Shown here: positions 32,328 through 42,343 of the stretch, in pieces
How positions within the stretch are numbered: position 1 is the first letter of the stretch
Layout: each line of letters opens with the position of its first letter
Assembly: GCA_023205875.1 (NCBI GenBank)
Contig: CP060757.1
Location: forward strand, 992,001-1,056,000
Origin: Chloropicon primus
Taxonomy: Eukaryota
Length of the DNA stretch: 64,000 nucleotides
Reading direction: 5' to 3'
Notes under the pieces: model-generated
The model's database searches: none
What the model was told of the DNA's origin: nothing
Seen by the model: only the letters and a program-made list of their open reading frames with translations
Position numbers and translations under genes: made by a program

Positions 32328-33740
32328 TTAGGTCTTCAGCGCCAAGCGGACCGGGAGCTTCCAATTCAGTTCGCCCTTTGCCGCGGGAGTTCCCGTGAAG
32401 ATGTCAAAGGCGAACCGAATCTCCCAATCCAACTTGATCAGGTCGGTCTCGAACGAGGGAAAGCTGTCCCTGGGCACGTTGAAGGTGAAAGAAGTCCTCG
32501 TGGAGTGCAGGACGACGTCCTCGTCCGCGTACGCTTGCCTCGAGCTCGTCCTCCTGGCCCGGTTGGTCTGCTTCGGCCGGAGGATCGTCTCCTGGGCCAC
32601 CAGCTCGATCGCGACCTTCGAGCAAACGACTTCCGTGGGAAGGAAGTCGAGGACGCACTCGATCAAGTCGCCGGGCTGGACGTTCAGATCTCCCAGCAGG
32701 TGCAGGTGCACAAAGCAAGTCTCCCCGCAAAAGATGTTGTAGCAGCTCTCCCTATCGAGGTGCAGGGAGCTCAGCAGCTCCCTGTCCTCCGACTCCCGCC
32801 CGGAGTGGGAGTTCCTTCTGCCGTACCTCATGAACTCCGGCATGGTGTAGTCTCTCAGCGAGGAGCCGGGGGAGGGGAGATCATCCCGGTACTCCCCATC
32901 ACCCAGAGCCCCCACCGACCCAGAGCCACTCACTCGCGACGGCCTCTTCCCCCTGTTCTTGAAGTACATGTCGTTCCCGACCTCCGCCGCCTTCACCATA
33001 AACGCTTCCGCGGCAGCGTCGTCGTCGTCGGGGGGCCGCGTCACCCCACGGCCGGGAGAGCAGGCTTTGTGGGTCAGCGACGCCCAGAAGCAGATCGGAA
33101 ACGTCGCGCTGCTCTTCTCGAACTCCCTGCAGCCAGACGCACTCTTCTTGCTGGGCACCACCTTCACTGTGGACACTTTCAGCTTGTAGGCGTAGCTCAC
33201 GCTCGTGCCGGTGTACGAGGGAGGAAAGTGCTCCGGGATTTCCATGAACACCTTGAAGCTCTTTTGGGGCTCCGAACTTGTGAGTTTGAGCGGGTGGCTC
33301 GCTTTCCCGGACCTCCCAATGAGCCTCTCAATCTTCTTCCTCAACTTCTCTCCCGCTGCACCGGAGTCGTAGTCCCTGGCTCTCACCTCCACGAGCACTG
33401 GGTCCACTCGCTCGTGGCACAGCAGCTCAAACCTGATCTCCTCCGTCGTCTCCCGCTTCTTCCCCATCTGTGGCGCATCCTTCTCCGCCGACCCCGACTG
33501 CGTCGACGAGGACGCCCCGCCGCCGTCGCCCTCCTTGTACTCCTTGCTCCTCCCCTCCCCCTCGCCCTCCCCCTTCTCCAAGCTCGAGCGGTCACACGCC
33601 GAGGAGCTCGCAATCGATTCCTCCTCGAGCTTCACCTTGACGACCGCCTCGGCGGTCTCCCCAGGCAGCTGCAGCGCCCGTCCGAACTCGACGTGGTAAT
33701 GGTGCCCCACCACCACCTTCGCCTCCTCCCCCTCCGCCAT
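32328..33740 (-). CDS. RGP1: RGP1-like subunit of the Rab6 GEF complex
   Basis: IPEHFPPSYTGTSVSYAYKLKV and C-terminal PSFETDLIKLDWEIRFAF...LNWKLPV (arrestin-like fold). Confidence 0.65.
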   Translation of the reverse strand: MAEGEEAKVVVGHHYHVEFGRALQLPGETAEAVVKVKLEEESIASSSACDRSSLEKGEGEGEGRSKEYKEGDGGGASSSTQSGSAEKDAPQMGKKRETTEEIRFELLCHERVDPVLVEVRARDYDSGAAGEKLRKKIERLIGRSGKASHPLKLTSSEPQKSFKVFMEIPEHFPPSYTGTSVSYAYKLKVSTVKVVPSKKSASGCREFEKSSATFPICFWASLTHKACSPGRGVTRPPDDDDAAAEAFMVKAAEVGNDMYFKNRGKRPSRVSGSGSVGALGDGEYRDDLPSPGSSLRDYTMPEFMRYGRRNSHSGRESEDRELLSSLHLDRESCYNIFCGETCFVHLHLLGDLNVQPGDLIECVLDFLPTEVVCSKVAIELVAQETILRPKQTNRARRTSSRQAYADEDVVLHSTRTSFTFNVPRDSFPSFETDLIKLDWEIRFAFDIFTGTPAAKGELNWKLPVRLALKT

Positions 33741-33878
33741 TGCTTCCCCCACCACTCTCCCTCTCCGCTCTCTCTCTGTTCGCGCGCCCCGCGAAGACTT
33801 TGAAAAGTCACTCGGTGGGCGAAGCTCTCGGTCGGTGGGCCAAAGGGAGGCGAGTTGGTTGTTGCGGGGGACGGGACG

Positions 33879-34641
33879 ATGGCGATGGGGGGGGAGGAGG
33901 GAGAGAAGGGGACGTCGGGCCTGAGCATGAGCTTGGATGACCTGATAAAGAAGGAGAAGAAGGGGAAGAAGCCGGGGACCAAGAAGGGGGAGAAGGGGAG
34001 GGGCGAGGAGGGACGAAGGCAAAGGCAACGCGGAGGCAAAGGCAGGGGGGGGCAACAAGGGGGGGGGCAACAAGGGGGGCGGGGGAGGTGACCTTCGGTC
34101 GAGGCTGGGAACGAGGCAGGGCCGCGTGGAGAAGGGGGGCGGAAGGGGGAGACCGGACAACAAGAACAACAACAGAGACACCGGGTCCGCGAGGGGCAAT
34201 GCCGAGCGAGAAGAGCGACCTTCTTACCCCGAGAAGGTGGACTACAACACGGAGTCGGGAGAGCTCGTCGTCACGCTCAAGGACGTCGAGATTGTGAGGG
34301 TGGACTGGTCCGGCAACATGACCATGACCACCGGTGGCAACATGACCGAAGAGTACTTTGAGGCCCTGAACCGGGCGTTGAAGCCAATTCTGTACCGCCT
34401 GCAGAAACAGGAGGAGAACTGGAGCATCACGGACGGAAGGAGGATCATGCGATTCTTCGACGGAGTCTGCATGCCGCCGACGGGCCCCCTGTCGAACCAG
34501 AGGGCCTACAAAATCAGTCAGGGCTACAAGTACTTTGGAAGCAGCAACAGGAACGGCTACGCCGGCAGGGGGAGGGGGAGGGGAAGAGGGGGCTACGGAA
34601 GCTACGGCAGGGGGAGGGGGGGCTACGGTGGCTACTGGTAG
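33879..34641 (+). CDS. UBM/RGG-containing putative RNA-binding protein, with an apparent +1 frameshift in the G8 run at 34045-34052
   Basis: The 5' frame has LSMSLDDLIKK (ALY/REF-type UAP56-binding motif) and stops at 34091. The +1 frame carries GGNK repeats, DLRSRL, a folded domain and an RGG/YGG tail. TGTAA at about 34760. Confidence 0.6.
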
Positions 34642-34990
34642 CCGGCCCGCTCTTGGACAGCCAGGCGTCAAAGTGCGGCAGAGACGCTCTTGTTCAAGTA
34701 TTCTTGCGCGACCTGGCGGACCAGTGGAGCTTTCACGTATTCGGGTTGCCATCACTAACTGTAATTCAACTGCACTGGTCTTCTCTCGGTGGCCCGTTGT
34801 CGCAGCAAGTCGACAGGAGCCCCAGTTTTGGGGGCAGCCCAGAGTCGTGCTTCCTCATCATGGCAAGTGTCCCCCCCCCCTCCCCCTTCCTCAATCCCTC
34901 CGATCGAAGGAAACAAACGAAAATTCTCATTCTCCGTGCTCTCTTCGGCGGCGGCCTCGACTGAGGAGGAAGAGACCAAGGAGGAGGAGG

Positions 34991-35810
34991 ATGGTGGGCT
35001 CCCTGAGCGTGGACTTGAAGGGGGAGGCCACGTTTCTCGGGTCACCGCGCGATCGGAGGCCGGGGGAAAAGGTAAGGCTCGCGCGTGCGCGCACTTTGCT
35101 TGCTCGCGCTTCTTTTTTTCTTCTTTTTTTGAAGAGGCCTCTTCAACCCTCCTTAGGTTATTGATCTTGAGGCGGAGGGAGGGGGAGGCCGCGCTCACGC
35201 GTCCTCGGGACGCCTCGGAGCCGCCGCGTGGTCCCAGTGTGATGAGAATACCATTCATCAAATCACCATCTTTCGGATGATATGCCTCTAACAGGGCAAT
35301 GATTAGTTTGAATCCTAGTTTTCTGACTGGTGACCCCGCTCGCGCAGCCAAAGAGAGAGGGAGGCTCGTTGTGCGGTTGAACGCGCGCGTGCTTCGGCGG
35401 AGAGAATGCGCGCGCATGTCGCGCCCCCCCCCAAAAAAAAACGACGCAAGTATTGACCCGGAGACCCTCTTTCGCTTCCCCTCGAACAGGTGCACATTTG
35501 CAGCAGGTGCGACTATCCCATCGCAATCTACGGCCAGCTGTGGCCATGCAGGCACGCATTCTGCCTCCAGTGCGCGGAGGAGATGCTCCCGACGTGCTAC
35601 CTCTGCTTCTCTCGGGTCGAGGAGGTGAGGAGGATAGAGGCGACGAGGCAACCCTTGTACCTCTGCGCGGTCTGCCTCAAGGGCTACGACAGCCTCGAGG
35701 AGCTGACGGCCCTCGTCAGGGCGAACGGGGGCGCGTGCTGCCAGGGCCAAGAGAAGGCGGCGGCGGCGGAGAACCCGCCGCCCAAACAGTCCTTGATGGA
35801 AATTGGGTAG
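34991..35810 (+). CDS. HAKAI: HAKAI/CBLL1-like RING protein (m6A writer-associated); exons 34991-35071 and 35490-35810
   Basis: Spliced RRPGEK|VHICSRCDYPIAIYGQLWPCRHAFCLQCA...CYLC matches plant HAKAI (GERVHFCVRCDFPIAIYGRLxPCxHAFC). Confidence 0.85.
35234..35330 (+). ncRNA. Intronic C/D-box snoRNA, snR39/U51(U32)-like guide for LSU rRNA 2'-O-methylation
   Basis: Box C GTGATGA at 35239, D' ATGA at 35277, C' ATGATTA at 35299, D CTGA at 35323, terminal stem CCAG/CTGG. The 14-nt guide TCACCATCTTTCGG is antisense to the conserved LSU rRNA sequence CCGAAAGAUGGUGA. Confidence 0.9.
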
Positions 35811-36278
35811 AGAGAATCTAACGAAAAGAAGTACGTCGTCGTCGTCGTGCCCCTTTGTCGGTGTGGTTTGGCGCGACCCTCTCAGCTTTTCAGGGGAAAG
35901 GCGGGAACCCGGGCCGCGCTCGCTCGCGACTCCTCCCAAGAAATTGTTGCCTCGGCCTGGGAGAGGCTCTGGAGGGAGGGAAGGAATTGCCGCGAGCACC
36001 GCCGATCAAGGCGAAACGTTTTTGAGGAGCCAGGGACTCCTGTACCATACTGTGTACAATACGGAACCAATCAAAAATAAAGAGAACTTGTAATGTAGTC
36101 GACGAGGGGACTGGACCTGTCCCGACTCGGGAAGCCGGAGATGAAGCCAAAACCAAACGAAAAACGTGCCGCCTTTCTTTTGATCATCCTCATGCGATCT
36201 TGATCTCGAGATTTGCTGACTGGGCGGGAAAAAATCAAGCACGTGCGTGCTGCGAGCGCTTCTGGCAGAACGACGACG

Positions 36279-37790
36279 ATGGTGACGGAGGAGAGGAGGA
36301 GGCGCGGCGAGGAGGGGGCGGTGGTTTTGGACCTGAGGCACCTCGACGGTCTCGTCGCGGAGTGCCTGGAGGACTTGCGGGAGCCCGCGGCGTGCGAGCG
36401 GGCGAGGTCGGAGGTCCTCGAGGGGAACATAAAATCCGCAATCCGCCTGGCGCAGGGGGAGAGCGGAGGGTCGTCTGTCCTGGAGGACAGGCGCCTGCTG
36501 TTCAAGCTGTACAAGGAGCAATTCGTGGAGCTCGCCCAGAACGCGTCGAGCGTGGAGGACACCCAGAGCGCCCTGCTCTGGTGCAGGGAGACGCTCGCCC
36601 CCATGGCTCTCGAGGCGTACCCGGAGGCTTACTCGGAGTTCAAGCAAGCCCTCCTGCTCGCGACGCTGAGCTCGTGCGGCGTGGGCAGGGAGGAGAATGT
36701 TGGCTCCCTGTCGAACAGGAGGGCGCTGGCGGGCGCGATTTGCGGGGCCCTGAGGAAGGCTGCGGGAGCGACCCCACCGAGGCTCGCGAATGTGCTGAGG
36801 TACCTCTTGCTGCTGCACCGCAGGCATCGCGTGGCCGAGGGCGGGAAGGGGAAGGCCGAGGACGTGGACGTGAGGCTGATCGAGTCGCAGGACGGCCCCA
36901 TGCTTCCCGCCGAGGGTCGGGTCGCCTCCTCGAGGACGTTCCCGGAGGGCGACGTCCTCCTCCTGAGGGACGCGGCCGGCATCACGAGGGAGGAGGCCGT
37001 CGAGGCCCTGAGGCGCGAGGACGGGGACATCGACTCGGCCGTGTCGAGCGAGCTCTGCCGATCCAGGCTGAGGGAGGCCGAGCTGAGGGAGATCCTCCTG
37101 GAGTACGCCCAGTACCGCGGCCTCCGAGGGGGAGGCGAGACTGGGGCGTCCGACTACGCCCTCGTGCGCGAGATCGCGACCGCGGTGGTCGAGGGGAGGG
37201 CGGGGGCTGGGGTCTTGTCCAAGATCCCGCAGCTCGCGGCCTCCCCGGCGTTCATGTTCGAGCTCCGGCGGTTCGAGCTCCTGGAGCGCCTCCGCCGCGG
37301 GGACCGTGACGGGGCGCTCGACATCGCCCGGTCCGACCTGCCAGACCTCGTGGAGAGGGACGAGAGCCTCCTCAGGGAGCTGAAGAGGACGATGATGGCG
37401 TTCGTCACGACGACGACGACGACAACGACGACGAATGCGACGGAGGACGAGGTCGACGCCGCGTGCGACGCCATCCTCCGCGCCCTGGGTTGGAGCCCCC
37501 CGCGGCTGATTTGTGTGCTGAGGGTTCTCCTGGGGTCCCACCGGGCCTGGCACGAGCGAGAGATGCGCAGGGACAGGCTCCAGGACGCCCTCGGTCTCCC
37601 GGATCTCGTCGTCGCACGTGACGGGTGCTGCAAGGAAGAGGGGGAGGTCGAGGACGATGAGTCGCCCTTCGAGGAGCCTGCCGTCTTGACTTTGATGGAC
37701 TTTCTGTCCTCCACGAGGGCCAGGGCGATCGAGCTCCTGCGCACGCACGACGGCAACCTGGAGCAGTGCCTGGAGACCGTGTTCGGGTAA
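36279..37790 (+). CDS. CTLH/CRA-domain protein with UBA-like modules (internally duplicated)
   Basis: LLFKLYKEQFVEL...ALLWCRETLAP...EAYPEAYSEFK, a UBA-like unit (ITREEAVEALRREDGDIDSAV), a second CTLH-like unit (MFELRRFELLE) and a second UBA-like end. Confidence 0.7.
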   Translation: MVTEERRRRGEEGAVVLDLRHLDGLVAECLEDLREPAACERARSEVLEGNIKSAIRLAQGESGGSSVLEDRRLLFKLYKEQFVELAQNASSVEDTQSALLWCRETLAPMALEAYPEAYSEFKQALLLATLSSCGVGREENVGSLSNRRALAGAICGALRKAAGATPPRLANVLRYLLLLHRRHRVAEGGKGKAEDVDVRLIESQDGPMLPAEGRVASSRTFPEGDVLLLRDAAGITREEAVEALRREDGDIDSAVSSELCRSRLREAELREILLEYAQYRGLRGGGETGASDYALVREIATAVVEGRAGAGVLSKIPQLAASPAFMFELRRFELLERLRRGDRDGALDIARSDLPDLVERDESLLRELKRTMMAFVTTTTTTTTTNATEDEVDAACDAILRALGWSPPRLICVLRVLLGSHRAWHEREMRRDRLQDALGLPDLVVARDGCCKEEGEVEDDESPFEEPAVLTLMDFLSSTRARAIELLRTHDGNLEQCLETVFG

Positions 37791-38129
37791 GAAGGACTTG
37801 GTGGGGCTTGGCGGGGCTTGGTGGGAGGAGGAGCCGTCGAGCAGTACCCCGGAACGAACAAACCAAAGGAAACCGCTTGAATGTAATGTATAGAAAAAAT
37901 TCTCCTGCAGACTTTCGGTGAGAGAAGATCAGATGGATCTTTCCCAGACGACCAAGTCCTAGAGTTTTTGTTTTTTTGTCTTTTTCTTGTTGTTGTTGTT
38001 GTGCGCTCACTACTCCCCCATCCATCAGCGCGCGATCAAGGGCGAGGGAGGTTCAACAGCACCTTGGGTCGTCGCTCAATCCTTTCGCCTCGCTTGCCTG
38101 CTTTGACGCACGCATCGACGCACATCACC

Positions 38130-40622
38130 ATGGCGCCCGTTACGACGACGACGTGCGTTACGAAACCCGCCTCGTCGTCGTTTCTCTTCCGCGCTTGCGT
38201 GCCGGTGGTGCTCCTCCTGCTCTTCGCGACGCGGGGCGCGGTTGCGGAGATCAAGGACAAGGACCCCTTCGTGAGAGCGGAGGGAACTTCGTTCGTGCTC
38301 GGCAAGGAGCCTTACTACGCCAACGCGTTCAATGCGTACCAGCTGACGGAGGGCGCGGGGGATTGGGGTCGCGTTGGAAAGCTCGCGGCGAAGGACATCC
38401 TCAAGCAGGCCCGCGAGTCCGGCCTGAACGTACTGCGAACCTTCGGTTTCGCGGGTCGCCTGGAGCGGAACGCCCTGATGACGGGCCCGGGCGAGTACAA
38501 CGAGAAGATGCTGGAGGCCCTGGACTTTGTCCTTGACGAGGCCAGCAAGAACGACATCCGCGTAGTCCTCGTGCTGGAGAACTACTGGGACACCGCGATG
38601 GACCCCTCCAACCCGACGCACGCCAACGGGATCCACAAGTACCTGAACTGGGTCAAGTCCTCCCCGAGGAACGCGACTCTGACGCCCGACGACTTTTTCG
38701 CGGACGCGGACTGCAAGAGGATGTACAAGGACCACGTCAAGTTCCTGCTGAACAGGAAGAACACGGTGAACGGCAGGGTGTACAAGAACGACCCGGCGAT
38801 CCTGTCGTACGACATCATGAACGAGCCGAGGTGCGAGGAGTGCGGCAAGGTTCTGCAGAGTTGGATCGACGAGATGGCCGCCCACGTCAGGGGCATCGAC
38901 GGGAACCACATGATCACCGTCGGCGAGGACGGCTTCTACTCCAGCGAGTTCTCCGACGAGGATCACCTCAGGATGAACCCCGGGGAGTGGGCGAACACCC
39001 AGGGCCAGGACTTTGTCGCGAACCACGCCGGCAAGGACATCTCGTACGCGGCCATCCACATCTGGCCGGACGACTGGAACCACCGCGAGGTGCGCTTCCA
39101 GCACGACTGGATCCTGCAGCACGTGTCCGACGCGGAGAACAAGCTCAAGAAGCCTTTCGTGATCGAGGAGTTCGGCAAGACCCGGGACGCGGGCGAGTCC
39201 TACGACAGGAGGAACAGGTTCCTGGAGACTGCCTTCCTGGACGCCGAGAACAACGTCCTGAAGGGCGGCGCGGTCTCCGGCACGGGCTGGTGGAACTGGT
39301 ACGGCAGGGGGGACGGCAGGGGGGACGGCTACGCCATCTACTCTGGGGACAAGTCCACTTTTGACGTCATCAACAAGTTCTCCAAGAGGCTGAGGAGGGC
39401 GGTCGCCGGCAAGGACAAGAAGGCGGTCGCCTTCACCAGCGAGGAGTTCAACGACTTGTACGGCATGCTGAGCTCGGAGGGGTCCGTCGAGACGATCGGT
39501 GGATCTTCCGGGGAACCTGGATTCTCCGATGGCCAGGCCAAGAAGAGCAAGTTCAACGAGCCTCACGGCCTGGCCCTCACCGCGGACGGCAAGCACCTGT
39601 TCGTGGCCGACAAGGAGAACCACTGCATCCGCCTGGTGAACACGGAGACTGGGAGGACGAGCACCGTCGCCGGAAAGGCGGGCGAGCCCGGCCTGATCAA
39701 CGGCTCGGTGAAGGAGGCCCTGTTCAACCAGCCCGTGGCGGTCGCCGCCCCGGGGTCCGGAAAGTTCCTCCTCGTGGCGGATGCCGGGAACAATGTCGTC
39801 AGGAAAGTGGACCTCGAGACCGGAATCGTTTCCACCTTCCTCGAGAAGGAGACTCCCTTTGGGTGGATAGGGAACCCCCAGGGCATCTCCTGCGACGACG
39901 CCTGCGAGAAGGTGATCCTCGTGGACTCTGGAAACTCCCGCGTCCTTGACATCAGCGGGGGCGAGGTAAAGATCGTTGCTGGCCCGGAGGACAAGGGCTG
40001 GGAGAAGAAGGGCTTCCAAGACGGCCCGGCATCGAACGCCTCGTTCAGCTTCCCCCTGAACAGCGCCATGAGCTCGGACGGCAGGGTGGCCTTCATCGCT
40101 TCGAACGACAACACCGCGATCAGGAAGGTGAGCCTGGTGTCCGGGGAGGTGTCCACCCTGGCGGGCGATGGCAAGGACGGCAAGAGGGACTCGGGGAACA
40201 TCTTCAACGAGCCGGCACGGTTCAGGTGGCCCATGGGAGTTGCCCTCACCCCGGACCGCAAGTACCTCCTGGTCGCTGACCAGTACAACCACAGGATCCG
40301 CGTCGTCGACACGGAGACCGGAGACGTGAGGACCGTGGCCGGATGGGTTCAGGGCTTCCAAGACGGCGCCTTGATCGCCAAGGACACCAAGGACCTGAAG
40401 TCTTTCACTGCGGCCATGTTCAACACCCCAAGAGGCGTCGCCGTGAGGTCCGGGGGCGATTCCTTGGACATCTACGTCGCGGACTCTGCGAACCACGCCA
40501 TCAGGAAGGTTCACGTCAAGCTCGGCGAGAAGATCCAGGAGAGTCCGAAGAACGCCTGCAAGAGGTATCCCAACGGCTGCATCGACGACGGGAAGATTGT
40601 TGTCAGAAGCACCGGTGCGTGA
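38130..40622 (+). CDS. Secreted GH5 endo-beta-mannanase-like enzyme fused to an NHL-repeat beta-propeller
   Basis: Hydrophobic signal, GLNVLRTFGF, YKNDPAILSYDIMNEPRC (acid/base Glu), IHIWPDDW, KPFVIEEFG (nucleophile Glu), then about six FNxPxG(V/L)A...VADxxNHxIR repeats. Confidence 0.9.
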   Translation: MAPVTTTTCVTKPASSSFLFRACVPVVLLLLFATRGAVAEIKDKDPFVRAEGTSFVLGKEPYYANAFNAYQLTEGAGDWGRVGKLAAKDILKQARESGLNVLRTFGFAGRLERNALMTGPGEYNEKMLEALDFVLDEASKNDIRVVLVLENYWDTAMDPSNPTHANGIHKYLNWVKSSPRNATLTPDDFFADADCKRMYKDHVKFLLNRKNTVNGRVYKNDPAILSYDIMNEPRCEECGKVLQSWIDEMAAHVRGIDGNHMITVGEDGFYSSEFSDEDHLRMNPGEWANTQGQDFVANHAGKDISYAAIHIWPDDWNHREVRFQHDWILQHVSDAENKLKKPFVIEEFGKTRDAGESYDRRNRFLETAFLDAENNVLKGGAVSGTGWWNWYGRGDGRGDGYAIYSGDKSTFDVINKFSKRLRRAVAGKDKKAVAFTSEEFNDLYGMLSSEGSVETIGGSSGEPGFSDGQAKKSKFNEPHGLALTADGKHLFVADKENHCIRLVNTETGRTSTVAGKAGEPGLINGSVKEALFNQPVAVAAPGSGKFLLVADAGNNVVRKVDLETGIVSTFLEKETPFGWIGNPQGISCDDACEKVILVDSGNSRVLDISGGEVKIVAGPEDKGWEKKGFQDGPASNASFSFPLNSAMSSDGRVAFIASNDNTAIRKVSLVSGEVSTLAGDGKDGKRDSGNIFNEPARFRWPMGVALTPDRKYLLVADQYNHRIRVVDTETGDVRTVAGWVQGFQDGALIAKDTKDLKSFTAAMFNTPRGVAVRSGGDSLDIYVADSANHAIRKVHVKLGEKIQESPKNACKRYPNGCIDDGKIVVRSTGA

Positions 40623-40744
40623 TGATTCCCAAGAAAACGAACGTTCGCATGTTTTTCCCTTTTCGAGGAGGATAAACGTATATTAAAAAATATGATTTGA
40701 TTTTGTGATTTCCTTATAAAACGACCGATCCCACCATCTCTCTA

Positions 40745-42268
40745 TCACAGCTCCCCTGCGATCGGCTGAGACAACGGGATGTCACTGTACTCGAGGCAGA
40801 ACATCATCTTTATCACGGCGCATTCGGGGGTCATCTGCTTTCCCGACTCCACCCCCATGTTGAGAGCGACGCTGCCGGATCGGTACAACTCGGGGTGCAA
40901 GTTCCCCGCGCTGCACTGGGAGCACAGGTAAACCAGGAGGCCCTTCTTCCTCTGCTGCTTCAGCCACGGCAACCACCCGTGCGCGTTGTTGTCCGGCATG
41001 TTTCCGACCCCAAAGACCTCCAGGACCACGCCGCGGACACCCCTGCCGTACAAGTCCCCGTAGGCCTTCCTCGGGTCGACTCCGGGAACGATGGGGATCC
41101 TGATTACGTTCGTGTTCAGCTTGAACCTCGGCTGGTACACGTCGTGCTGCGCCTTGAGGAGTTGGTGGTGGTTCCACTCGACCTCCACGCCGAGCTCGGC
41201 GAGGTGCGGGTACATGGGAGAGTCGAACGCGCTGTACATCGAGGAGTGGACCTTCCTCGTCCTGTTTCCCCTCATCAGCTTCCCCCCGAAGCACACGGCG
41301 ACCTCCTCGAAGTGCACCGGGTAGCGGGAGAGGGGGTTCTTGATGCTCGCTGCGGTGGCGCAAGTGATCGAGTCGATCAAGTTCTGCCTGGCGTCCGACC
41401 TCGGCATGGCCAGCGGGAGCTGGGACCCGGTCAGCACGATGGGCTTTTTGAAGCCCTTGAGCATGAGGGACAGGGCGGCGGCCGTGAAGGACATGGTGTC
41501 CGTGCCGTGCACGATCAAGAAAGCGTCGTAGTTGTTCCTCTCCTTGTCCAGCAGTTTGGCGAGCTGCACCCACTGCTTGGGGCCCAGCCTGCAGCTGTCC
41601 ATGTTGAACACGATGTTCACGTCCAGGTGCGCAAAGTTAGTGAGCTCGGGCACCGAGGTGAGCAAGTCGGAGAGCACCTCGCCGGGCTGCAGGCTCTCCT
41701 CGGCCGGGTAGTGCCCGCCCGTCCCCTCCTTCATGTGGACGCTTCCGGGGCTGTCCTCCACGTAGCTCTGGTTCGGGTCCATCCCGAGGGTGCCCCCCGT
41801 GTGAAGCAGCAGAACGCGAGGCAGGGGGTTCAGGTACGCCTGCAGCTGGACGTTCTCCCGCTGCGCGGGGACCATGGGGCCCGGGGCCTGCTGCAGCACG
41901 GGAATCTGGGTCTCCGCCCGGCTCAGAACCTCCAAGTCAATCTCCTTGGGGTCCTGCAGGAACTCCACCTCTTGCACCGCCCCGTTCTGCAAGTGCATCG
42001 CGGTCGACGCGTCAAAGGCCACCGCCCTGGGCTCGAACGAGTCCTCGAAGTTCGAGGCCACCCCGTCGCCGATGCCGTTGGCCTTCTTCCCCCCCTTCTT
42101 CCCCTTGGCGCCCACGGCCACCTCCCTCCGCCGGGGAGAGCCCAGAACCCACCTCGACGACGAGGCCGCTCGCACCGGCATGGTGCGAGCGGGGCTCCCG
42201 ACGACGTTTCCTGCCAACGCTTCGTTCGACGACGAGCACGCGCACGACCCCAACCCTCTGCGCATCAT
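40745..42268 (-). CDS. Type I (AnsA-like) L-asparaginase with a probable plastid transit peptide
   Basis: LLHTGGTLGM, MDS, HGTDTM, TGSQLP, RGNRTRK..S...AFDSP and GVGN, preceded by an Ala/Ser/Arg-rich N-terminus. Confidence 0.88.
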   Translation of the reverse strand: MMRRGLGSCACSSSNEALAGNVVGSPARTMPVRAASSSRWVLGSPRRREVAVGAKGKKGGKKANGIGDGVASNFEDSFEPRAVAFDASTAMHLQNGAVQEVEFLQDPKEIDLEVLSRAETQIPVLQQAPGPMVPAQRENVQLQAYLNPLPRVLLLHTGGTLGMDPNQSYVEDSPGSVHMKEGTGGHYPAEESLQPGEVLSDLLTSVPELTNFAHLDVNIVFNMDSCRLGPKQWVQLAKLLDKERNNYDAFLIVHGTDTMSFTAAALSLMLKGFKKPIVLTGSQLPLAMPRSDARQNLIDSITCATAASIKNPLSRYPVHFEEVAVCFGGKLMRGNRTRKVHSSMYSAFDSPMYPHLAELGVEVEWNHHQLLKAQHDVYQPRFKLNTNVIRIPIVPGVDPRKAYGDLYGRGVRGVVLEVFGVGNMPDNNAHGWLPWLKQQRKKGLLVYLCSQCSAGNLHPELYRSGSVALNMGVESGKQMTPECAVIKMMFCLEYSDIPLSQPIAGEL

Positions 42269-42343
42269 CGCCGAAGAATAATCACACAGAAGCAAGCACA
42301 ACGAACTGAACTGAACTGAACTGAACACACACAAACGAGTTGC

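Noticed and set aside
34860..35071. Second homopolymer frameshift (C10 at 34871-34880) giving a longer HAKAI N-terminus
   Set aside because: ATG 34991 gives a HAKAI-like RRPGEK and splices in phase 0 to exon 2 with no frameshift. The alternative frame is out of phase with exon 2.
38076..40514. Long antisense ORFs (812 aa here; also 42649-45072, 40895-42319 and 36006-37748)
   Set aside because: Shadow frames caused by high GC3 on the real coding strand; no recognisable motifs.
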